The notes under the pieces: generated by a model
The model's database searches: none
What the model saw: the letters and a program-made list of their open reading frames with translations, nothing else
What the model was told of the DNA's origin: nothing
Program-made: the position numbers and the translations under genes
Shown here: positions 7,431 through 13,361 of the stretch, piece by piece
How the letters are laid out: every line of letters starts with the position of its first letter
Position numbering within the stretch: position 1 is the stretch's first letter
Virus record (IMG/VR): IMGVR_UViG_3300037461_000428
Location: 1-64,000 of that record
Reading direction: 5' to 3' (one strand)
DNA: 64,000 bases
From: a virus

Positions 7431-7438
7431 AACGTTGT
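7367..7438 (+). repeat. attC-like imperfect hairpin (E-element)
   Basis: GCGCACAAC-A-CAGCAAGGC ... GGCCATTGCTG-AAAC-GTTGT. Confidence 0.65.
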
Positions 7439-7471
7439 ACGCAACCGGCAATGAAACTATAGGAGCGCAAT

Positions 7472-7597
7472 ATGTCGCAGATCGAAAAGAATACGCAGTC
7501 TATTGAGGCACTTGCAGAAGAAATACGGTTGTTACGTGAACAAGTTATTGCGCTCAAAGAGCAATTGGAATCATTGCCAGCAGCGCACAACAAATAA
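7472..7597 (+). CDS. small coiled-coil-like cassette protein, 41 aa
   Basis: ATG after TATAGGAGCGCAAT. Translation MSQIEKNTQSIEALAEEIRLLREQVIALKEQLESLPAAHNK. Below the track cutoff. Confidence 0.5.
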   Translation: MSQIEKNTQSIEALAEEIRLLREQVIALKEQLESLPAAHNK

Positions 7598-7725
7598 AGG
7601 TTAAAATTGTGGCCGATACCAAAAAACGCAGTTCAAGCTTCTCTGATCTCAAAAGAAGTATGGCGGTTTTACATAAAGTTTCCGCTGCAAAGCGGCCACA
7701 ACTTCAACCATTTATCGCACGTTGT
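7583..7725 (+). repeat. attC-like imperfect hairpin (E-element)
   Basis: GCGCACAAC-AAA-TAAAGGTTAAAATTGTGGCC ... GGCCACAACTTCAACCATTTA-TCGCAC-GTTGT. Confidence 0.7.
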
Positions 7726-7810
7726 ACGCAATGCTGCCCTTAAAACATTATTAGAGTTTGCGGCGGCCAAGAACGCGGCATCGTGCCGCGAAGAGAAAGG
7801 CAAAAACAAA

Positions 7811-8833
7811 ATGCAAATCACAAGAAACCTTATCGTACCAACTGGCAATATACTCGTGGTATCTGGAGCAAAAGGCAATTTGGAAATGCTTTCTCTTGCT
7901 GATTATGGACAGAGCGTAAATCTAAACCAACACAAAGCAGTAGAAAACGGATTGCCGCTTTTGCCACTAACTGAAAAGTGGGTGGTTACAGTTTCAACAC
8001 AATACGGTTGTTCAATGTGCTGTGAATTTTGCGATGTGCCGAAAGTTGGAGCGGGAAAAAACGCTACATTTCACGATCTTTGTGGTCAAATTCTTACGGC
8101 GTTGACATTACCAAATGTTCCACAGCAGACCAAAAGATTAAATATTCATTTTGCGCGAATGGGGGAACCATCTTGGAACCCTGCTGTTCTTGATTGCGGG
8201 AAATGGATAATGGAACATCTTGGCGATACCTACAATCCGCATCCTGTTGTTTCTACAATGATGCCGCGTAAAAACGAATGGTTGAAAACATTTATTCATA
8301 ATTGGATGAGAATGAAAAACAGGGTTTATCGTGGGAATGCAGGCTTGCAGCTTTCAATAAATTCAACAGATGAAGAAGAAAGAAAAAGAATGTTTTCTGG
8401 CAATGCTTGTACGCTTGAGGAAATATCAGAAATCATGCGTGGCATTATCCCTGTCGGAAGAAAAATAACTCTCAATTTTGCAGTAGCGGGATACACTGTA
8501 GATTGTGATAAACTTGCAAGGCTTTTTTCTCCTGAATTGTTTATTGTAAAGCTAACACCGATGCACAAAACTGACAAAGCAATCCAGAACGGAATAAAAA
8601 CGGAAGGTGATTATACAACACCAGAACCGTATTTAGAACTTGAAACAAGATTACAAAAAGCTGGATTTGATACTCTTGTTTTTATAGCAAGCGATGATGA
8701 AGATAAAGGAAGAATAACTTGCGGTAATGCAATTCTTTCTGGAACATTACCAGAATGCAAATATCAAGAGACGCATCCCTGCGCCGAGAGGCCGCCGCAA
8801 GACACTGTAGAAACGGGCAGCACATGCGTATAA
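7811..8833 (+). CDS. radical SAM enzyme, RlmN/Cfr-like
   Basis: VSTQYGCSMCCEFCDV contains CxxxCxxC. MGEPSWNP, LQLSINSTDEEERKRMF and the C-terminal GRITCGNAILSG parallel RlmN/Cfr blocks. The start was moved to ATG 7811 because the track start 7607 runs through a hairpin. Confidence 0.8.
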   Translation: MQITRNLIVPTGNILVVSGAKGNLEMLSLADYGQSVNLNQHKAVENGLPLLPLTEKWVVTVSTQYGCSMCCEFCDVPKVGAGKNATFHDLCGQILTALTLPNVPQQTKRLNIHFARMGEPSWNPAVLDCGKWIMEHLGDTYNPHPVVSTMMPRKNEWLKTFIHNWMRMKNRVYRGNAGLQLSINSTDEEERKRMFSGNACTLEEISEIMRGIIPVGRKITLNFAVAGYTVDCDKLARLFSPELFIVKLTPMHKTDKAIQNGIKTEGDYTTPEPYLELETRLQKAGFDTLVFIASDDEDKGRITCGNAILSGTLPECKYQETHPCAERPPQDTVETGSTCV

Positions 8834-8912
8834 CAGCCGCAGTATGCAAAGCGGATTACACTATGGAGTTTATTAATTAATAGCCGCTCAGCACACATGC
8901 GGCATACGTTGT
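8832..8912 (+). repeat. probable E-element (arms less regular)
   Basis: AAC-AGCCGCAGTATGC-AAAGCGG ... CCGCT..CATGCGGCATAC-GTTGT. The pairing register is ambiguous. Confidence 0.35.
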
Positions 8913-8943
8913 AAGAAATAAATTTTGCTCTTTGTAATTGTAG
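8908..8943 (+). repeat. orphan 5' arm of an R-type cassette
   Basis: GTTGTAAGAAATAAATTTTGCTCTTTGTAATTGTAG is near-identical to 5127-5162, but no matching ...TTACATCTTACAAC partner follows. Confidence 0.5.
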
Positions 8944-9029
8944 TTTGCATACAGCGGGTTCCGGTAGACCAACCTACGGCACTCCAAAAAAGTAACATTA
9001 GTAACGGTCGCTAAGCGGAAACAGCTACC

Positions 9030-9156
9030 GACAGCCAAAAGGATGAAATTTGCCCTAATTGTGGCTGTGTTGCTATCAGTATTGGTAATAACAATTTTCT
9101 GTGCGGTTGTGAGCCTGATCGTTAGGCAAATTATCAGCCATTTAGCGATACGTTGT
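9030..9156 (+). repeat. probable E-element with a mini-ORF in the loop
   Basis: GACAGCC-AAAAGG-ATGAAATTTGCC ... GGCAAATTATCAGCC-ATTTAGC-GATAC-GTTGT. The core on the 5' side is degenerate. Confidence 0.45.
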
Positions 9157-9195
9157 GCGCAATTAAAATTTTTCTGGAGTTATAATGGTAACTAA
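9043..9195 (+). CDS. small hydrophobic peptide, 50 aa
   Basis: ATG after CCAAAAGG. Translation MKFALIVAVLLSVLVITIFCAVVSLIVRQ... It overlaps the next gene's start. Confidence 0.4.
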   Translation: MKFALIVAVLLSVLVITIFCAVVSLIVRQIISHLAIRCAQLKFFWSYNGN

Positions 9196-9373
9196 AAAAG
9201 AAATCGGTGATATGGTTTTTCAGATTATTCGTGAAAAATGTGTCAGCGATATGGCGGCATTTCGTGCATCTGAGGACGTTGCTATTTACATTGTGGATAA
9301 AATTTTACCAGCTGCTCTTTCTGCCAATGAAGATATAATCTTTAATAATTGGAAAGATGCAGAAAACAATTAG
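9185..9373 (+). CDS. small protein at the right edge of array A (KDAENN family)
   Basis: 62-aa ORF, ATG after CTGGAGTTATA. Its 3' end and the downstream 20 nt are repeated at 24480-24575. Confidence 0.65.
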   Translation: MVTKKEIGDMVFQIIREKCVSDMAAFRASEDVAIYIVDKILPAALSANEDIIFNNWKDAENN

Positions 9374-9404
9374 ACAATAAACGAATCGCGGAAGAGGAAT
9401 TAAT

Positions 9405-10118
9405 ATGGTTAAAGTAAATACAGACTTTGAAAAACTACAATTAAAAGCAAGAGATGCTCTCTATTTTATAGATAGTCATCCAGCTATTAATGGTAGCTTT
9501 TTTGGTGTACAAACTAGTTTGTGGTTTAGTATCCAAACAGTTTGTAAAAGAGGCCATAGTGAATATTCTATCAAAGACATGACTATTTATTATAGTAAAG
9601 AAAACTATAAAAAATTTAAAAAAGAATTCGATAAAGAAATAGCAGAAGATCAGGATTATTTCAAAAAGTGTCCAACATTAGTAAGTATACAAATGCCTTA
9701 TCAAAAAGTATTTGGAGAACCTTGGATATTTGACCATATAGAATATTGGGGCGAACTTACATTGCATATTTATAAAGGTAAGAAAGCTAAAGAGAAGTTT
9801 AACTTTCTAGACTGGGATAATTGGGAAGGACCGCACGCAGGAGGAAGAACTTACGAAGAAATGATTATTAACCTCGCTAAGAAAATGAAAAAAGAATGTG
9901 GTAATTTTGATTATTATAGTTTTCTGACTCCAGAAGAAATTAAGAATCATAAAGAGGAAGAGGTATTCTTCTGGAAAAAAGTTCCAGATACAAAAGAACA
10001 TAAAAACTATTCTACTATTATACCTAACAAAAAGTATATTAAAGTAAGCGACGCCGAAAAGAATCTTCGATGGCAAGAGTGGATGAAGATTAAGAAGAAT
10101 ATTTCTTATAATAATTAA
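9405..10118 (+). CDS. hypothetical protein
   Basis: 237-aa AT-rich ORF with GGAAGAGGAATTAAT before the ATG. No motif recognised. Confidence 0.7.
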   Translation: MVKVNTDFEKLQLKARDALYFIDSHPAINGSFFGVQTSLWFSIQTVCKRGHSEYSIKDMTIYYSKENYKKFKKEFDKEIAEDQDYFKKCPTLVSIQMPYQKVFGEPWIFDHIEYWGELTLHIYKGKKAKEKFNFLDWDNWEGPHAGGRTYEEMIINLAKKMKKECGNFDYYSFLTPEEIKNHKEEEVFFWKKVPDTKEHKNYSTIIPNKKYIKVSDAEKNLRWQEWMKIKKNISYNN

Positions 10119-10141
10119 CAGGAGAAATAAATGAAAGAATA

Positions 10142-10402
10142 TTGGATATGTATAGTTGTCCAGTAGAAGGAAGTAAATTACCAGAAGGTTCTGATAGTGC
10201 ACCTAGAAACGGCGCACAAACAGGAATGTACAGATTAGGATTAGACGATAAATATGATATATCGTCTGGGTGGGGACTTACCAAAGACCAAGTAAATAGA
10301 ATTTTAAATATTTGGAGAGAGCCCAGTTGTCAAGGTATATTTAAAAATAGACAAGGCGCAATTAAAAGACCAAAACCTAAAGTTGTAAAGAAAAAGAAAT
10401 AA
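10142..10402 (+). CDS. hypothetical protein
   Basis: 86-aa ORF with a basic C-terminus. The RBS is not convincing. Confidence 0.5.
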   Translation: MDMYSCPVEGSKLPEGSDSAPRNGAQTGMYRLGLDDKYDISSGWGLTKDQVNRILNIWREPSCQGIFKNRQGAIKRPKPKVVKKKK

Positions 10403-10428
10403 TGTTATTATTTAACAATTAACTGCAT

Positions 10429-10476
10429 ACAACTATCAAAGATTGCCATTAAAACGGCAACCTTTTGTTTAGTTGT
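10429..10476 (+). repeat. boundary hairpin of cassette array B
   Basis: ACAACTATCAAAGATTGCC attaaaac GGCAACCTTTTGTTTAGTTGT. A copy of 3800-3847. Confidence 0.8.
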
Positions 10477-10644
10477 AAGAAATAAACTTGGCTTTTGTCT
10501 TATAGAAAATGGTGCGAAAAATGCGCTTAATTAGTTGCTTAAAACAGCCCTCGGATTATTCGCTATTATCATGGAACCCGACCAAGCTGCCGGTTCGAGC
10601 GAGCCATTTTTTACATTATGGAAGCCAAGTTTACATCTTACAAC
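10472..10644 (+). repeat. non-coding cassette closed by a long terminal stem (R-type)
   Basis: GTTGTAAGAAATAAACTTGGC pairs with GCCAAGTTTACATCTTACAAC. The interior is unrelated to the other R copies. Confidence 0.7.
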
Positions 10645-10767
10645 AAATGCGTTATGCAATATCCCGCTCCGGCATGGTTGCCATAGCACTACTAGAAATG
10701 GTTCGCAAGGTGTAAACATGGATTCGAGTCCCATGGGCGGGATATAGCATAACACATCAACCGTTGT
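10640..10767 (+). repeat. attC-like hairpin whose loop holds a tRNA-like element
   Basis: ACAAC-AAA-TGC-GTTATGC ... GCATAAC-ACATCAAC-CGTTGT. Confidence 0.65.
10663..10742 (+). ncRNA. tRNA-like element (acceptor plus T-arm, no canonical anticodon arm)
   Basis: Acceptor CCCGCTC/GGGCGGG. T-arm ATGGA-TTCGAGT-CCCAT. GGCA-tggt-TGCC hairpin. The central arm has a 13-nt loop. Confidence 0.4.
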
Positions 10768-10795
10768 ACAAAATTAAAATTTTTCTGGAGGTTAT

Positions 10796-11029
10796 ATGGC
10801 AAAAACTTATCTGTGCCCATATTCTAAAACGGAGAGCATACGATGTAATTTACAAACACCATGTATAGAGTGTAAGGTATTTTTGCCGGACACTATGGAT
10901 AAAATTTTAACTTCGTACAACAAACAAAGTATGCCATTTTGTGCTTTACCGGATCATTGCGATATGCAAAGCGCAGTTTATTTATGTAATTGCGAATCGA
11001 TTTGTAAGCATAAACGGCATACTTTGTAA
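10796..11029 (+). CDS. small Cys-rich cassette protein
   Basis: 77-aa ORF, ATG after CTGGAGGTTAT. Confidence 0.6.
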   Translation: MAKTYLCPYSKTESIRCNLQTPCIECKVFLPDTMDKILTSYNKQSMPFCALPDHCDMQSAVYLCNCESICKHKRHTL

Positions 11030-11037
11030 AACGTTAG
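10914..11037 (+). repeat. attC-like imperfect hairpin (E-element)
   Basis: TCGTACAAC-AAA-CAAAGTATGCC ... GGCATACTTTG-TAAAAC-GTTAG. The distal stem is 11 perfect bp. Confidence 0.7.
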
Positions 11038-11078
11038 ATGCAATGTTCGCCTTAAAACAGTATAGGAGTTTTTCGCGC

Positions 11079-11327
11079 ATGAAACTATCTCGTTGTATTT
11101 GCGGTCGTGAAGCAAAAATATGGGCTGGGCAGTATGGGGATGAATTGCGTACAATTGAGTGTAATTGCGGCATCTCAACGTTGGCATGGTGGAACGGGAA
11201 TAAATGTGCCGCAAATTGGAATACAATTCAGCGCGAAAAAAGAAAAGTTGAAGCGGCGAACACAGCATCTAACAACAGCGTTACGCAAGCCGCAGAAACA
11301 AAAAGCACGGCCAGCGCAACACTGTAA
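11079..11327 (+). CDS. small cassette protein (CICG...CNCG)
   Basis: ATG after TATAGGAGTTTTTCGCGC. The track ORF 10941 begins inside the previous cassette. Confidence 0.6.
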   Translation: MKLSRCICGREAKIWAGQYGDELRTIECNCGISTLAWWNGNKCAANWNTIQREKRKVEAANTASNNSVTQAAETKSTASATL

Positions 11328-11334
11328 ACGTTGT
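11272..11334 (+). repeat. compact attC-like hairpin (E-element)
   Basis: ACAAC-AGCGTTACGC ... GCGCAACACTG-TAAAC-GTTGT (9 of 11 positions pair). Confidence 0.55.
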
Positions 11335-11374
11335 GCGCAATGGGCGCGGAGAGCGTTTTTATAGGAGCTGCCAA

Positions 11375-11560
11375 ATGAAAGTATCTGCTATTGAGCAAGT
11401 AGTGAAATATTATCAGTCAATCGTTGACTCGTTGCCTATTGGTGGTTTTGGCGTGAAGGTGTTACACGATGCTTTGGTGGAATTGGCCGCTCTGAAGGCA
11501 GCGGAGTCCGCGCCCACAGACGCACAACAAACCAATGGCGGCGCAAAGCCTAAATGCTGA
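11375..11560 (+). CDS. small cassette protein
   Basis: ATG after TATAGGAGCTGCCAA. 61 aa. Confidence 0.55.
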   Translation: MKVSAIEQVVKYYQSIVDSLPIGGFGVKVLHDALVELAALKAAESAPTDAQQTNGGAKPKC

Positions 11561-11591
11561 GTATAGCACTTCGCCATTGGTCTGACGTTGT
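11520..11591 (+). repeat. compact attC-like hairpin (E-element)
   Basis: ACGCACAAC-AAA-CCAATGGCG ... CGCCATTGG-TCTGAC-GTTGT. The distal stem is 9 perfect bp. Confidence 0.75.
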
Positions 11592-11623
11592 ACGCAATAT
11601 TTTGCTTAAGAAAGGTTTGATAT

Positions 11624-11851
11624 ATGGCTGCTAATACAGGAATACGATTGTTGCCAAAAAATCTTTCTGATTCTGATCGTGCTTTATGGCTTGCAGGTTA
11701 CGAAGCGGCCATTAACGCTATGGAAGCGCAAAATACAGTGCACAACATCAGCGTTATGCCATGTGTCGGTTGTCTGAACAAAATCACAACTTGTCGGCTT
11801 GGTTATCAGATCGAAGATCAGCCTTGTAACCAGCGCACGGCACAACACTGA
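11624..11851 (+). CDS. small cassette protein
   Basis: 75-aa ORF. Its 5' UTR (TTGCTTAAGAAAGGTTTGATAT) is the same as that of the gene at 4887. Confidence 0.6.
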   Translation: MAANTGIRLLPKNLSDSDRALWLAGYEAAINAMEAQNTVHNISVMPCVGCLNKITTCRLGYQIEDQPCNQRTAQH

Positions 11852-11860
11852 AAACGTTGT
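11738..11860 (+). repeat. attC-like imperfect hairpin (E-element)
   Basis: GTGCACAAC-ATCAG-CGTTATGCC ... GGCACAACA-CTG-AAAAC-GTTGT. Confidence 0.6.
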
Positions 11861-11887
11861 ATACAATATTTAACAATCGAGGTTAAT

Positions 11888-12136
11888 ATGTCAAATTTGA
11901 AACGATATACAGAGAGTTATTGTTGTGGTAAGTATGATGGCATGGAAGAGGATTCTCTCGCTGGCGAATGGGTCAAATTTGACGACATTAAGGAGTTGTT
12001 AAATACCGTGCACAACCGCCAAAGGGATGAAATATTGCATCTTATTATGGATGATTCGTTTGCTATTTCATTTCAGTCGTTTAGTCAGTATCGGTCGGCA
12101 TTGGTTAAAGAGATCGCAAAACTATCAGCCATTTAG
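11888..12136 (+). CDS. small cassette protein
   Basis: 82-aa ORF, ATG after CGAGGTTAAT. It ends ...KLSAI, encoded by the shared AACTATCAGCCATTTAG module. Confidence 0.6.
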   Translation: MSNLKRYTESYCCGKYDGMEEDSLAGEWVKFDDIKELLNTVHNRQRDEILHLIMDDSFAISFQSFSQYRSALVKEIAKLSAI

Positions 12137-12146
12137 CAAACGTTGT
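12008..12146 (+). repeat. E-element arms present but distal stems do not match
   Basis: 5' arm GTGCACAAC-CGCC-AAAG-GGATG. 3' arm CAGCC-ATTTAGCAAAC-GTTGT. This looks like a recombinant or decayed site. Confidence 0.35.
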
Positions 12147-12183
12147 AGTCCATAATTGTGCAACCATATCATAGGAGGTGCGT

Positions 12184-12528
12184 ATGTATATAGGCGGTAA
12201 TGAAATTTCTAAACAGGTGGATTTCTTCGAGCTAGAAGCTAAGAACCGTGTTACAGCTGGTGATTTTGATACGGCGCAATGGTGCATTCAAGCTGCAAAT
12301 GCCGCGTTTCAGGCGTATGTATGTATTTGTAAACGTGAACGCGCCGAAGAAAAACAGCCTACAACAGCTCAAGCATGTCAGCCGGAGGAAGCGGGCCACA
12401 CAAACAGCCAACAACTAAAATCCGAAATTGCCGCTCTTGTAGCGGAATGTAGTGCTAATGCCATCAATAGTGGTAATAATAAGTATCAGTGGTTAATTGA
12501 TAGACTGCGGCAACTATCAGCCGTTTAG
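12184..12528 (+). CDS. small cassette protein, paralog of 3901-4158
   Basis: ATG after ATAGGAGGTGCGT. It shares QQLK.EIA.LV and the terminal LRQLSAV with 3901-4158. Confidence 0.6.
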   Translation: MYIGGNEISKQVDFFELEAKNRVTAGDFDTAQWCIQAANAAFQAYVCICKRERAEEKQPTTAQACQPEEAGHTNSQQLKSEIAALVAECSANAINSGNNKYQWLIDRLRQLSAV

Positions 12529-12539
12529 CGGTACGTTAT
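12408..12539 (+). repeat. probable E-element
   Basis: CCAACAAC-TAAAA-TCCG ... CAGCC-GTTTAGC-GGTAC-GTTAT. A homolog of 4038-4168. Confidence 0.45.
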
Positions 12540-12566
12540 GCAAAAGTTTTAACGCTGGAGATTTAT

Positions 12567-12821
12567 ATGTCAACGCTCGATGATCTTTGGAACGACACTA
12601 TGTACGCATACCAAAATGGTGAGCTGTCGCGGGAACAGGTCGCGTTGAAATTTGCGGAGGCGTTAAAACCTTCGCACAACAAACCTATGCCAAAATTGCC
12701 GACACTGGCGGAATGTCAAACAGAGATACAGTCGCAGATATGGGGTGGCGGCTTTAAGGGAACATCTTCAAATATAACTGAGATTGTTTACAATTTTATA
12801 TGTCGGCAACTGTCGGCATAG
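12567..12821 (+). CDS. small cassette protein
   Basis: 84-aa ORF, ATG after CTGGAGATTTAT. Confidence 0.6.
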   Translation: MSTLDDLWNDTMYAYQNGELSREQVALKFAEALKPSHNKPMPKLPTLAECQTEIQSQIWGGGFKGTSSNITEIVYNFICRQLSA

Positions 12822-12833
12822 GTCGGACATTGT
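12672..12833 (+). repeat. attC-like imperfect hairpin (last element of array B)
   Basis: TCGCACAAC-AAA-CCTATGCC-AAAA-TTGCCGACA ... TGTCGGCAA-C-TGTC-GGCATAGG-TCGGAC-ATTGT. Confidence 0.7.
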
Positions 12834-12876
12834 AAGCAATTTGTCTAAACTTTTAATGCTATACTATAACAATACT

Positions 12877-12923
12877 GGGGAATAACTCAATTGGTTAGAG
12901 TTCAAGTCTCTCTTCCCTTACCA
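12877..12923 (+). ncRNA. 47-nt tRNA-like minihelix ending in ACCA
   Basis: GGGAA/TTCCC acceptor-like stem, AATTGGTT D-loop-like segment, AGAG-TTCAAGT-CTCT T-arm, then TTACCA. Confidence 0.35.
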
Positions 12924-13361
12924 TTTTATAAGAAGGATCTTATTTCACATTATAATACATTAAAAACTGAGCTTCGTAACAAGAAGAATTTAATTAAGGC
13001 TCTTGTTCGAAGAGGATGGAAAGAAGAGAACATAGAAGTACATGATGAGGCCCAAAATTTAGTTGATTATCAAGGCGATAAAAGAAATCAGAAAGCTGAG
13101 ATAATTATACGCAGAAAATACGTAGGTGGTGCTTCTAATGATATGGGATTTAAGCTCCAATCAGATGGAACTTATCAGGCTATTATATCAGACTTTGACC
13201 GTAATAAATACGGTGATCAGTTCATGAAGAATCTTGAACTAGACTATGGTGTGGAACAGACTAAGGATGCATTCACAATGAACGGCTGGCAGTTTCAGGA
13301 ATCCACTGACGAAAAAGGAAATGTAGTATTGCTTGGTCAGGTTTACGAAGGAAGTTACTAA
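12891..13361 (+). CDS. DUF1257 (Ycf35-like) protein; start uncertain
   Basis: Paralog of 47479-47907. Shared segments are SHxxxxxTELxxKKxLxxAL and Y.A..D..... The best alignment begins at ATT 12942, 4 nt after AAGAAGGA. The track uses TTG 12891, which lies inside the minihelix. Confidence 0.6.
   Translation: MVRVQVSLPLPFYKKDLISHYNTLKTELRNKKNLIKALVRRGWKEENIEVHDEAQNLVDYQGDKRNQKAEIIIRRKYVGGASNDMGFKLQSDGTYQAIISDFDRNKYGDQFMKNLELDYGVEQTKDAFTMNGWQFQESTDEKGNVVLLGQVYEGSY

Noticed and set aside
7607-7810. N-terminal extension of the radical SAM gene (track start 7607).
   Set aside because: The extension runs through hairpin 7583-7725 and the next cassette's leader. ATG 7811 gives a protein that begins just before the conserved core.
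3901-8833. Small Cys-rich ORFs plus the radical SAM enzyme as a RiPP (sactipeptide or ranthipeptide-like) cluster with many precursors.
   Set aside because: The apparently shared peptide motif (HNCQS/TNCQS) is a nucleotide motif read in several frames. The Cys patterns look like ordinary CxxC...CxxC zinc ribbons. The radical SAM enzyme resembles RlmN/Cfr and has no visible SPASM-type extra Cys clusters.
3800-12833. The repeated hairpins as a CRISPR array.
   Set aside because: The repeats are imperfect inverted repeats of variable length (48-160 nt) with covarying arms, and the intervening units are genes with an RBS. There are no constant direct repeats or uniform spacers.
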